Below are positions 37,639 to 47,038 of a stretch of 64,000 nt of DNA, piece after piece. Every line of letters starts with the position of its first letter. Position 1 is the first letter of the stretch. Source of the stretch: Thermoplasmata archaeon (lineage in GTDB: Archaea; Thermoplasmatota; Thermoplasmata; Lutacidiplasmatales; UBA184); assembly GCA_022750155.1 (NCBI GenBank), contig JAKIWG010000006.1:14339-78338 (forward strand). The letters are read 5' to 3'. The translations under genes were made by a program, and so were the position numbers. The notes beneath the pieces are model-generated. The model worked only from the letters and a program-made list of their open reading frames with translations. It ran no database searches and was not told where the DNA came from.

Positions 37639-38955
37639 CTACGGGGATCTCATCGAGCGGGTCGGGCGAAGGGCCGCGGCTCGGGCCCGTCTCCGAAGGT
37701 CTTGTCCGAGCCTTTCCCCGAGCGGTGTCAACCGGTAGACCTTCATCCTTCTCGGCTTTCCGCTCACATGGCGGACGTCTTCCGTGATCGCCCCCGCGTC
37801 CCGCAAACGTCGGAGGACGTTGCTGAGGCGATTCTGGGGGACCCCGAGCGCGTCCGCCATCCCTCCCTGCGTGAAGGCGTCGGTAGCCACCGCGTCGTTC
37901 GCGAGGGCCCCTTGCATCGAGAGGTGGACGACCACCCGTTGGGAGAGACGCAGGGTCTCGACCGGGAGATCGGGTTCGCGGGCCAGTGGGACGGGGTCGG
38001 GCACGCCGCCGGGGAACGGGCGTGGGCTCGCGGGCTCGGGCGCGACCGGAGCTACCCTCGCGAGCGGGGTCGGATCGGATGGAGTGGGGCGGTCGAACGC
38101 GGCACCCGCAGGAGCGCCCTGCGGAGAGCCCCGCGCGCTGCCCCGAAGTGGACCCGAGCGGTTTCTCGAGGTCATGAAGAGGGCGGCGACCACGACCCCG
38201 AGCGCTGAACCTCCCAATGCGAACACCCACCCGGGCTCGCCGAGGATCGTGAACGGGGGCGCGGCCGTCGGTCGGCCGGGCCCGGGGGAATCCGCGGATA
38301 CGTTCACCCAGACCGAGACCGTCGACCGGGTGCCTGCGCTGTCGGTCACGTTCAAGAGTATGCGATAGTGCCCCGGGGTCTGGAACGTATAGGTCACCTG
38401 CAGACCGCTCCCTTCGTCCCCGTCGTCGAACCACCACACGGCACTGAGGTAGGTCCCGGTTCCGCCCTGCACGGTGGCGGTGAACGTGACGTTCAGGGGG
38501 GCTTGGCCGACCGGCGGCGAAGCCATCGCGGTGGCCGTCAGCGTCGGGCGGAGCACCGTCACGGAGGTGGTGCAGACGGACCGGCCCTGGCTCGAATCGA
38601 CGACGACGGAAACGTTGTACACGCCGGGGGAGGCGAATCGATGCAGGGGAGAGGCATACAGCGGGCCGCTCCCGTTGTAGTAAGCCCCGTCCCCGAAACT
38701 CCAGGAGAACATCGGAGGGGTCTGCGAGGAGATCTGGACCGAGAAATTGGTCAGGAGCGGGGCGAATCCGCGGGACGGGCTCGCGGTCAGCGTCGCGGGG
38801 GCGCAGGTCGCCCCCGCATGCTCGGCCGGCCCGGTCGCCCCGAGGGGTGGAACGCCAAGCAGGAGCAACCCGGCGCCGAGACAGACCCACGCGGCGGCGC
38901 GGCGCGCGACACCGGCGGGATTCCGATCTCGGGGTGGACGATCCGTAGTGCTCAC
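37639..38955 (-). CDS. Membrane-tethered regulator: signal, 2x PKD, TM, Pro-rich linker, winged HTH (paralog of 14238..15602)
   Basis: GTG overlaps the upstream TGA; WSFGDG and WWFDDG; TM; LRLSQRVVVHL..FTQGGMADALGVPQNRLSNVLRRL..RRMKVYRLTPLG. Confidence 0.85.
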   Translation of the reverse strand: MSTTDRPPRDRNPAGVARRAAAWVCLGAGLLLLGVPPLGATGPAEHAGATCAPATLTASPSRGFAPLLTNFSVQISSQTPPMFSWSFGDGAYYNGSGPLYASPLHRFASPGVYNVSVVVDSSQGRSVCTTSVTVLRPTLTATAMASPPVGQAPLNVTFTATVQGGTGTYLSAVWWFDDGDEGSGLQVTYTFQTPGHYRILLNVTDSAGTRSTVSVWVNVSADSPGPGRPTAAPPFTILGEPGWVFALGGSALGVVVAALFMTSRNRSGPLRGSARGSPQGAPAGAAFDRPTPSDPTPLARVAPVAPEPASPRPFPGGVPDPVPLAREPDLPVETLRLSQRVVVHLSMQGALANDAVATDAFTQGGMADALGVPQNRLSNVLRRLRDAGAITEDVRHVSGKPRRMKVYRLTPLGERLGQDLRRRARAAALRPTRSMRSP

Positions 38956-40304
38956 CGCGCCCGGGCAATCAGCTCCGGGTCGATGTCGTCCTGAGTCAAG
39001 TGGTACACGAGTCGGTACCCCGCCTCGGTCCGGGCGCGAGACCACCGGCGCTCGGCGACTAGAGCCGTCCCCGCGAGGGCGACCAGCCCGAGCACGAGAA
39101 GGACCGGAGAGGCCCAGCCGCCGGTCCCCACGGCGGGAAGCAAGCCCCCGCCGGGCGTGCCGCCGGACGCGGACGCCCCGACCGAGACCGGAGGCAACGT
39201 CTCGGACCAAACGTGGCCGACGCCGTCCCGCACGGTCAGCCGCGGGGTGAAACTCCCCGCGCTCGCATAGGTGTGGGTGGAGAGGCCGCCATTCACCCCG
39301 GAGCCGGAGGTGCCGTCCCCGAAGAACCACTCGAGGGAGTACGGCGGAGATCCGCCGGAGATCTGGGTCTGGAAGGCGACGGTGAGCGGACCGCCTCCGG
39401 GGGGCGACGCTTGGTGAGTATGGACCATCAGCGGAGGCGAGGCCGTTACGTCGACCGCCGCGGTGGCACCGGCCAGGGCCCCGTCCGCATCGGTCATCAA
39501 CGCCGAGGCAGAGTAGTTCCCCGTGCGATTGTACACCCATGAAAGGGTCCAGATGCCGGTCCAGTTGACCGAGGCGTTGGTCACACACTTTCCGGGCTCG
39601 GGGCAGATCGTCATCCGATATGGCGAGGCCCCGCCGAGGACTTCCCCGGTGAGATTGTAGGTCGAGGGAGCGCCCCCCGGGCTGACCACGAGCTCGAAGA
39701 TGGGGGCGACCACCTGGACGAGGAGCCAGTAGGTGGAGAACGCACCGGACGCATTCGATAGTGTTCCGGTGAGGTTGTAGGTGCCTCCCGCCGTGTACGT
39801 GTAGTAGAAGGAGTAGGCGCCGAGACCGGACCAGTTGCGGGTCACCGTGCACGACCCGGAGACCGGACAGACCGTGAGCGTGAACGGTCCCGAGCCGTTC
39901 GGCACCGGTCCGAGACACCCTGAGGTGTAGAACCCGCCGCTCCAGTTCCCGCCGCAGGCCGTTGCCTGCAGATACGTCTTCAGCGGAGCGAAGCCGTAGG
40001 TGGGCGTCGCGAGGATTTCCAAGGCGAACGGGTTCGTTGAACTGCTGGGGGATCCCCCCGAGGTCGGGCCCCCCGAAGAGGAGTTCCCCGAGCCGTTGGC
40101 GATGCTGTTGGCGGACCCGCCGGAGGAGTGGTTGAACGGGCCGTCGAACGCCCCCCGGACGTCCACGGCCGGGGGGGCGAGGGGGCGAGTCGGAAAGGCC
40201 GTGCCCGCGAGCACCAGGGAAAGGAGGGGGAGGATGGCAAGGGCGACCCATGGTGCCGGGTGCGGAGCCCACCTAGGGCGACGGGGCCGGCACATCGCGG
40301 TCAT
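38952..40304 (-). CDS. Surface PKD-repeat protein with C-terminal TM and short tail
   Basis: Signal; GFAPL; GGASPY and GGSPPY; WFFGDG..HTYASAG; TM then TEA-GYRLVYHL. Confidence 0.83.
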   Translation of the reverse strand: MTAMCRPRRPRWAPHPAPWVALAILPLLSLVLAGTAFPTRPLAPPAVDVRGAFDGPFNHSSGGSANSIANGSGNSSSGGPTSGGSPSSSTNPFALEILATPTYGFAPLKTYLQATACGGNWSGGFYTSGCLGPVPNGSGPFTLTVCPVSGSCTVTRNWSGLGAYSFYYTYTAGGTYNLTGTLSNASGAFSTYWLLVQVVAPIFELVVSPGGAPSTYNLTGEVLGGASPYRMTICPEPGKCVTNASVNWTGIWTLSWVYNRTGNYSASALMTDADGALAGATAAVDVTASPPLMVHTHQASPPGGGPLTVAFQTQISGGSPPYSLEWFFGDGTSGSGVNGGLSTHTYASAGSFTPRLTVRDGVGHVWSETLPPVSVGASASGGTPGGGLLPAVGTGGWASPVLLVLGLVALAGTALVAERRWSRARTEAGYRLVYHLTQDDIDPELIARAR

Positions 40305-40385
40305 CGGACTCCTTGGGGGCGGCCGCGGTTAAGAACCCCCGCCCGAGATACGACGTGGGTACACCGCGAGGCGGCCGGGCGAGGT

Positions 40386-41240
40386 CTACTTCGACCCCGT
40401 TCGGGGGGCACCGTGGGACGCGGTCGCCGCATCGGCCAGCCCTGCCAGGATCGGCCCCCGTGCCCGCCAGGCGCGCCGCTCGGCCGTCCAGTACCGGGTC
40501 TGGTGGCGGGTGAAACGGGCGCACCGGTGGGTCCATGGGAACGGATACTGGACGTCCCAGAGGACGAGGGGCTCCGGTTCGGCCAGCGGGAGGGCGAGGC
40601 GCCGGTGCCCCTCCAGTGCCCGGGAGAGCTCCGCCGCGGTCAGCCGTCCCGCCTCCAGCGCCCGCAGTGCCGAGACCATCTTTCGCACCATCCCCCAGAC
40701 GAAGGAGGGTGCGCGGATCTCGATCTCGATCACCTCCGGGTCCCGCCCGATCGTCACTCCGGTGACCTCCCGCCACAGGGGGACCGACCCGGGTACCTTT
40801 CGGCCGAAGGAGCGGACGTCGATCCGCCCCACCAGGCGCTGCGCCCACTCCCGGTACCGATCGCCGACCGTCGGCGGGCCGACCTCGAAGAATCGGTACA
40901 CCCGCGATTCGGCCGCGCGGACGTTCCAGTTGGAGGGGGCCGGGGCGGCGTGGGTGAAGAACATCTCCGGCGCGACCCCGTTGAGCGCTCTCAGCAAATC
41001 CCCCGGCGGGAGCGGGGAGGTGAGGAGCAGGGCGTTGCCGACGGCGCTGACCCCGCGGTCGGTCCGGCTCGCCACGGGGACCCCGCGGGGATCCTGGGGC
41101 GTCGCGATCCCCAATCGGCCGAGGCCCTCCTGGAGCACCCCCTCGACGGTCCGGTGACCGGGCTGTCGGGCCCAGCCGGCGAATGGGCGGCCGTCGTACC
41201 CGAAGCGGACCAGCCACCTCGTAGGGGCCGTCGTGGTGAT
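40386..41240 (-). CDS. truA: tRNA pseudouridine synthase A
   Basis: RFGYDGRPFAGWARQP..RTVEG; ASRTDRGVSA.GN; SFVWGMVRKMV; EPLVL. Start codon non-canonical or uncertain. Confidence 0.9.
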   Translation of the reverse strand: MTTTAPTRWLVRFGYDGRPFAGWARQPGHRTVEGVLQEGLGRLGIATPQDPRGVPVASRTDRGVSAVGNALLLTSPLPPGDLLRALNGVAPEMFFTHAAPAPSNWNVRAAESRVYRFFEVGPPTVGDRYREWAQRLVGRIDVRSFGRKVPGSVPLWREVTGVTIGRDPEVIEIEIRAPSFVWGMVRKMVSALRALEAGRLTAAELSRALEGHRRLALPLAEPEPLVLWDVQYPFPWTHRCARFTRHQTRYWTAERRAWRARGPILAGLADAATASHGAPRTGSK

Positions 41241-41247
41241 CCCCCGA

Positions 41248-41877
41248 TCAGGACCGAGGGCGCTTCGCCTTGACCGGGAGGGCCGCGGCCGGCGGGGCGT
41301 CGGGGACGACCACCGGGGCCACGGCTTCGCTCGGCCCCGTCGGGCGCTCCAGAAGCCGTCGGAACGTGTCGAAGTGCCGGATGAACGGGTCGGCGCGACG
41401 GCGCTCCTCGAGCTCGCCCAACGCGATCTCGTAGAGCGCCTTGGACTTCGCGTCCCCTTCGCGAGCGCGGACCGCGTACACGCAGAGCAACTGGTACTGG
41501 GCGAGGACGATCGCGTCGGTGCGCGGCGTGCTCATGTCCCCCTTCCGGGGTCGGTAGACCTTGTCGATCGGGATCTTCGCCGCGATCGCCTTGCGGTGGG
41601 AGAACCCGAGGTACCTCCCCTGCCCAACCACGCGCGTCACCTCCCCGACCTTGCCCTGGAAGCTGTTTGTGAGCCGGTCGACCTCGCGCCAGCACCACAG
41701 TCCGAACCCGTAGTCCCCTTCGAGGTACGCCTCCCACGCCTGGCCGTACAGGTTCGCCTCCTGCTCCTCGGCGGAGAGCTCCGGGAGCAGGGCGGCCCTC
41801 CAATCGGCGATGAGCACGTCCACGCGCATCGTCGGGGAGAGCTCCCGGAACGTCGGCACCGGCGCGGGTTCCGTCAC
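41248..41877 (-). CDS. Hypothetical protein
   Basis: Globular composition; co-oriented between the amidohydrolase and truA. Confidence 0.72.
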   Translation of the reverse strand: MTEPAPVPTFRELSPTMRVDVLIADWRAALLPELSAEEQEANLYGQAWEAYLEGDYGFGLWCWREVDRLTNSFQGKVGEVTRVVGQGRYLGFSHRKAIAAKIPIDKVYRPRKGDMSTPRTDAIVLAQYQLLCVYAVRAREGDAKSKALYEIALGELEERRRADPFIRHFDTFRRLLERPTGPSEAVAPVVVPDAPPAAALPVKAKRPRS

Positions 41878-41928
41878 GGCCCCCGCGACCGCACCCGGAA
41901 GATAGCGTCTTCCGGGTCGGAGACCGGT

Positions 41929-43485
41929 TCACGCGGGCTCGGCGTTCTGTTGGACCCGGACCCCGCCACGCCACGTCTCGGCGACGGCTCCGCGTCCGGC
42001 TTCGACGGCCCGCTCCAGGGAATCGGTCCGAAGGAGGAGGAGGTCGCCGGGAGCCCCGACCTCCAGCGACCCCAAGCCAGGCTCCTCCAGCGCGGCCCCC
42101 CCGCCGACGGTGTACAGTTGGATCGCGGCCTCGGCGGTCAACTGCTCGGAGGCCGCCGGCACCCATCGGCCGATGCTCCGGTCCCCCCGGTGGACCGCAG
42201 CGGCGATCCCGGTCCACGGGTCGAGCGGCTCCACGGGCGCGTCGCTCGACCCGGCGAGCCGGTACCCCCGCTCCGAGAGCGATCGGAACGCGTAGGCGAA
42301 TCGGGCCCTCACGGCGCCGAGCCGCTCCGGGAGCCACGAGTCGCTCACGACGAACCGGGGCTGGACGACTAGGTGTGGTCGCACGCGGTCGAGAAGGGGG
42401 TAGAGGTTCGGGGGGAGCAGGGAGGCGTGCTCGATGCGGGGGGTGGGGCCCCCGTAGCCGAGTTGCAGGAGCCGAAGCGCCCGGTAGACCGCCCGGTCGC
42501 CGATGGCGTGGATGGCGACCTGCAGACCGAGCTCTCCGGCGATCGCGATCTCGTCGGCGAGCTCGTCGGAGGATCCGACCGGGAACCCGACCTCGTCCGG
42601 CCGGTCGGTGTACGGCTCCGAGAGCCACGCCGTATGGGCGCCGAACGACCCGTCGCTGATCGCCTTCACCCCGCTCAACCGGACCAGGCCCCCGGCCCAT
42701 TCCCTCGGCCCGCTCGAGACCTCTCTTCGTGCAGACACGTCGACGTAGAATCGGACCCGCACCGGGGGAGGGGCGGAGGTCGCCCTCTCGGCGAAGGAGC
42801 GGAGCTCGACCGCCCCCACGGACATCGAGGCGACCGTCGTCAGGCCGAACGACGAGGCCTCGAGGAGGATCCGGTCCGCCTCCTCCGGGCGCGCCGAAAG
42901 GGCCCGCTGGCGGATCGGGCCGAGGCCGGTCATCGCCTCGTCGAGGAGGACGCCGGTCGTGCCACCCTGGGGATCGTGGACGATGCGTCCCCCGGCCGGA
43001 TCGTCGGTGGAAGGAGCGACCCGAAGGGCAGAGAGCACTGGAGCGTTCACGAGAGCGGCGTGGCCGCATACCCGGTAGAGCACGACTTCGCGTTCCGGGA
43101 AGGCCCGGTCGAGTGCTTCGCGGGTCGGGTACGTTCCCCCCTCCATCCGCTCCTGGTCCCAGCCCCGCCCGATCACGGGACCGGCGGGATGGTCGACCGC
43201 CCAGGCCGTACATCGCTCGACGATCTCCCGTTCGCTTCGGACCCCGGCGAGTCGGACGCCGACCCGCTCGAGGGCGATCCCGCTCAGGTGCAGATGGGCG
43301 TCGATGAGGCCGGGGATCACGAAGTGGCCGTGGAGGTCGACCCGGTCGGCGGCGTTCGGAGCGGCCCGGCGGACCTCCGCGTCCGTCCCGGCCGCCACCA
43401 CGCGGCTCCCGTCGAGGACGACCGCTTCCACGAAGCGGTGGCCCGTGAAGACCCGGCCCCCGTGAAACAGCGTGCCGCCCCCCAT
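41929..43485 (-). CDS. YtcJ-like amidohydrolase (Amidohydro_3)
   Basis: PGLIDAHLH; GRGWDQ; VKAISDGSFG; HAIGDRA; RIEHAS; SSDAPV. Confidence 0.92.
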   Translation of the reverse strand: MGGGTLFHGGRVFTGHRFVEAVVLDGSRVVAAGTDAEVRRAAPNAADRVDLHGHFVIPGLIDAHLHLSGIALERVGVRLAGVRSEREIVERCTAWAVDHPAGPVIGRGWDQERMEGGTYPTREALDRAFPEREVVLYRVCGHAALVNAPVLSALRVAPSTDDPAGGRIVHDPQGGTTGVLLDEAMTGLGPIRQRALSARPEEADRILLEASSFGLTTVASMSVGAVELRSFAERATSAPPPVRVRFYVDVSARREVSSGPREWAGGLVRLSGVKAISDGSFGAHTAWLSEPYTDRPDEVGFPVGSSDELADEIAIAGELGLQVAIHAIGDRAVYRALRLLQLGYGGPTPRIEHASLLPPNLYPLLDRVRPHLVVQPRFVVSDSWLPERLGAVRARFAYAFRSLSERGYRLAGSSDAPVEPLDPWTGIAAAVHRGDRSIGRWVPAASEQLTAEAAIQLYTVGGGAALEEPGLGSLEVGAPGDLLLLRTDSLERAVEAGRGAVAETWRGGVRVQQNAEPA

Positions 43486-43577
43486 CGGTCGTTCCCCACC
43501 CAACCGACTGGCCTTTACCCTGTGGGGGGAGCGGGGGCTCCCTCGTGGGCTGCGGGCCGGCCGCGGGCGCCCTCGGC

Positions 43578-45062
43578 CTACACGTCGAGGTAGCGGTAGA
43601 ACTCGTACGGGTGCGGCCGCAGGTTGAGCTGGAGCTGCTCCTCCCGCTTCATCTCGTGCCAGATGTCGAGGACCGAGCTCCCGAAGACGGGTCGCAGGAA
43701 CGCGTCGTCCGACGAGAGGCACTCGAGCGCCTCCCCGAGCGACCCGGGGAGCTCCCGGATCCCCAACTCCTTGCGGCGCGCCGGGGCGAGCTTGTAGATG
43801 TCCATGTCGACTGGCGCCGGTGGCTCGAGCTTCCGCCGGATCCCGTCGAGACCGGCGAGGGCCAGGGCGGCCTCGGTCAGGTAGATGTTCGCCGCGGAGT
43901 CCGGCGTCCGATACTCGACCCGCTTGGCGGCCGGTCTCCCGCGGTGGTAGAACGGGATGCGGACGTTCGCCGACCGGTTCGACCGGCTCCAGGCAATGAA
44001 CACGGGGGCCTCGTAGCCCGGGACCAGACGTCGGTAGGAGTTCGTCGTCGGGTTGGTGATCGCGCAGAGCGCCCGCGAGTGCTCGAGCAGCCCGCCGACG
44101 TAGTATCGGCACGTCTGGCTGACCTCGGCGTACGGGTCCTGCGCGTCGAAGAACGTGTTCTGGCCGGCGCTCCAGAGCGACTGGTTCATGTGCATGCCGA
44201 TCCCGTTGTCGCCGAAGATCGGCTTCGGCATGAACGAGGCGACCTTGCCGTGCTGGTGGGCCACGTTCTTGATCACGTAATGGACGTCTTGGACGTGGTC
44301 GGCGGCCGGCAGCATGTCGTCGAACCGGATGTTGATCTCGCCCTGCCCCGCCGTCGCCACCTCGTGGTGGTGGGCATCCATCGTGATGTGGAAGCTGTCG
44401 GCGAGGATGTTGCAGATCTCGCTCCGCATCCCCTCGAGCGCGTCGTGGGGCGCGGCCCGATGGTATCCCTCTTTGAAACGGATCGACCCGTGGCCGTCGG
44501 CCGTCTGCCACGGCGCTTCCGAGCTGTCGATGGCGTAGCCGGCGCCCCCCCAGGCGTCGCGGACCGCGTGGGCTGAGGGGAGCAGCCGGACCGAATCGAA
44601 TACGAAGAACTCGACCTCCGGCCCCCAGTACGACCGGTCGTAGCCGTGCTGGGCCAGCACTTCTCCCGCGCGGCGGGCGATCCCCCGCGGGTCGTGGGAG
44701 TATGCCTCCTTGCTCGCGCCCACCAGGATGTCGCAAATGAAGCGGGCCGTACCCCCGTGCTCCGACTGCCACGGTACCACTCCGAACGTCGAGGAGTCCG
44801 GCACGAGGATCATGTCGGACTCGAAGATCTCCCGGAATCCGCGGACCGAGGAGCCATCCAGCTTGGGGACTCCGGAGACGAACGACTCGGGCTCGAGGGT
44901 ATCGGACGGGATGTGGATGTGGTTGAACCCGCCCAGGAGGTCGGTGTAGAACAGCTCGGTCCATCGGAGCTTTTGGGCCCGGACCTGATCGAGCACCTCC
45001 GCACCGCGTGCGAGCCGGTCGTCCTGCTCCATGGTCCCACTGCGTCCGGTTGCCTGTGCCAT
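43578..45062 (-). CDS. glnA: Glutamine synthetase type I
   Basis: DGSSVRGF; ESDM; GPEVEFF; HHHEVATAGQGEI; FMPKP..GDNG.GMH; NSYRRLVPGYEAP; NRSANVRIP; VEYRTPD. Confidence 0.97.
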   Translation of the reverse strand: MAQATGRSGTMEQDDRLARGAEVLDQVRAQKLRWTELFYTDLLGGFNHIHIPSDTLEPESFVSGVPKLDGSSVRGFREIFESDMILVPDSSTFGVVPWQSEHGGTARFICDILVGASKEAYSHDPRGIARRAGEVLAQHGYDRSYWGPEVEFFVFDSVRLLPSAHAVRDAWGGAGYAIDSSEAPWQTADGHGSIRFKEGYHRAAPHDALEGMRSEICNILADSFHITMDAHHHEVATAGQGEINIRFDDMLPAADHVQDVHYVIKNVAHQHGKVASFMPKPIFGDNGIGMHMNQSLWSAGQNTFFDAQDPYAEVSQTCRYYVGGLLEHSRALCAITNPTTNSYRRLVPGYEAPVFIAWSRSNRSANVRIPFYHRGRPAAKRVEYRTPDSAANIYLTEAALALAGLDGIRRKLEPPAPVDMDIYKLAPARRKELGIRELPGSLGEALECLSSDDAFLRPVFGSSVLDIWHEMKREEQLQLNLRPHPYEFYRYLDV

Positions 45063-45177
45063 GACGTCCCCGGCCTCCCGACGAGGTCCCTCTACTTCAA
45101 TGCGACCCCGGCGAGATTGGACACACGTCCATCTATTGGGTAGAAAACGTTAATTTCATCCGACATGTTATTCCGCT

Positions 45178-45672
45178 GTGAGACGAACGTCCATCCTCGA
45201 CGGGCTCGACCGGGCGATCCTGACGGAACTGAACATCGATGCCCGGCGCAGCCACCGTGAGATCGCCCATCGTCTGAAGGTCTCCCCCACGACCATCAGC
45301 AATCGCGTCGGGCGGCTCGAGCACGACGGGGTGATCAAGGGCTACATTCCGGTCCTCGACGACGAGCTCGTCGGATGGGACCTTTCCGCCACGATCGGGA
45401 TCCGCATCTCCAAGGGCAAGCTGCGGGAAGTGGAGGAGCGATTGGCGAAGGACCCGAGGGCCTACGCGATCTACGACGTCACCGGCGACTTCGACGCGCT
45501 CCTCATCGGCCGATTCCGGGACCGACGCGACCTCGACCGGTTCGTCAAGCACGCCCTGCAGGACCCCCAGGTCGAACGCACGAACACCCAGGTCGTGCTC
45601 AATCGGGTGAAGGAGGACCGGCGCGTTCCGGTCTCGACCCGCCCGGACGAGCGTCCCCCCGGAAACGCCTAA
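45178..45672 (+). CDS. Lrp/AsnC-family regulator
   Basis: LDRAIL.EL..DARRS..EIA.RL.VSPTT...RV.RLE..GVIKGY; YDVTGDFD. Confidence 0.93.
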   Translation: MRRTSILDGLDRAILTELNIDARRSHREIAHRLKVSPTTISNRVGRLEHDGVIKGYIPVLDDELVGWDLSATIGIRISKGKLREVEERLAKDPRAYAIYDVTGDFDALLIGRFRDRRDLDRFVKHALQDPQVERTNTQVVLNRVKEDRRVPVSTRPDERPPGNA

Positions 45673-45709
45673 GAGCTCCGGGCCTCGTGTCCGGAGTGGG
45701 GGGAGGGCG

Positions 45710-46525
45710 ATGAGCTGGGGATTGCAGAACCGCCTGTCCCGGATGTTTCCGACCCGTTCGGGTCACACCGTGATGCTGGCGGTCGACCACGGCTATTTCA
45801 TGGGACCGACCCGCCGGCTCGAGAATGCGCGCGCCACGATCACCCCCCTCGCGCCGTACGCCGACGCCCTCGCGCTCACGCGCGGGATCCTCCGGACGAG
45901 CGTGCCGAGCGATTGCCCCACTCCGATCGTCCTTCGGGTGAGCGGCGGGGCGACGATCCTCCAGGAGGACCTCTCCGATGAGACGATCACGACGCCGATC
46001 GCTGAGGCCGTCCGCCTGAACTCGAGCGCCGTCGCGCTCTCGGTGTTCGTCGGGTCCCCTCACGAGCACCAGACCCTCGCCTCCCTCGCGGACCTCGTCT
46101 CCGACGGGGAGGAGGCGGGCATGCCGGTGATGGCCATCACGGCCGTAGGCAAGGAGCTCGACAAGCGGGACGCCCGCTACCTCTCCCTCGCCTGCCGAGT
46201 GTCGGCCGAGCTCGGTGCCCATCTGGTCAAGACGTACTACTGCGACGGGTTCGAGAAGGTGGTCGAATCCTGTCCTGTGCCGCTGGTCGTCGCGGGGGGC
46301 CCGAAGATGGAGAACGACCGGCAGGCGCTGGAGCTCGCGCACAGCGCGATTTCGCTCGGCGCGAAGGGGATCGACATGGGCCGAAACATCTGGCAATCGG
46401 ACCATCCCGTCGCGATGCTCAAGGCGCTCCGCGCCGTCGTCCACGACCAGGCCACCGTGGACGAGGCGCTCGACGTCCTGAACGGCGAGAAAGACCGCCA
46501 CGTGCCCCATCCGCTGGCGACCTGA
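45710..46525 (+). CDS. lsrF: LsrF-like class I aldolase/thiolase (DhnA family)
   Basis: WGLQNRLSRMF...GHTVMLAVDHGYFMGPT; ELGAHLVKTYYC; VAGGPK; DMGRNIWQ. Confidence 0.85.
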   Translation: MSWGLQNRLSRMFPTRSGHTVMLAVDHGYFMGPTRRLENARATITPLAPYADALALTRGILRTSVPSDCPTPIVLRVSGGATILQEDLSDETITTPIAEAVRLNSSAVALSVFVGSPHEHQTLASLADLVSDGEEAGMPVMAITAVGKELDKRDARYLSLACRVSAELGAHLVKTYYCDGFEKVVESCPVPLVVAGGPKMENDRQALELAHSAISLGAKGIDMGRNIWQSDHPVAMLKALRAVVHDQATVDEALDVLNGEKDRHVPHPLAT

Positions 46526-46588
46526 GCCGTCGAGGGGATCGGCCGATTCGCAGACCTTATCCCCGCCGTCCGATACGAAGGCGGGCCT

Positions 46589-46673
46589 GCGGGGATTGCC
46601 AAGCTTGGTCAAAGGCGCCAGATTCAGGGTCTGGTCTCGTAGGAGTTCGTGGGTTCGAATCCCTCTCCCCGCA
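46589..46673 (+). tRNA. tRNA-Leu (CAG)
   Basis: Acceptor GCGGGGA/TCCCCGC plus A; anticodon stem CCAGA/TCTGG, loop TT-CAG-GG; long variable arm; TTCGAAT T-loop. Confidence 0.95.
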
Positions 46674-47038
46674 CCCGAACTTCTTGGGATTGCGCCCTCG
46701 ACACCTACGGCCGAGAGTCCCAATCCCGTCCTAGACGAACCCGGGGGGCGCCTCCGAATTCTCCGTACCCGACCCTGGTGGGAATGGTGGACGCATCGAA
46801 TCGCAACGGGTTTCGACCCCGTGGAAACGCCGGGTCGGAGGGGCGGAGGATCCCGGCCCCCCTTCGGGCTCGTCCTCCGCTCCGCCCCCTGGAAGAGGAG
46901 TCCCGGGCGCGCGCTGACTTCAAGGATTCTCACCGCGATGCGCACTCGCGCATCGGCGTGCGCACTCGGCCCTCGGACGACTCCTCGCTCCGGGGGGGAC
47001 CGAGCGATATATATCGGGAATCCGACGATTTCCCTACC

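Noticed and set aside
37639-44964. Extended ORF-track starts (40272, 38968, 44964; also 53780 and 11321)
   Set aside because: The extensions are shadow sequence over neighbouring genes; starts were reassigned using signal peptides, TATA boxes and stop/start overlaps.
46880-46910. GGAAGAGGAGTCCCGGGC as an RNase P RNA conserved region
   Set aside because: Does not match GAGGAAAGUCC and no complementary P4 3' motif was found.
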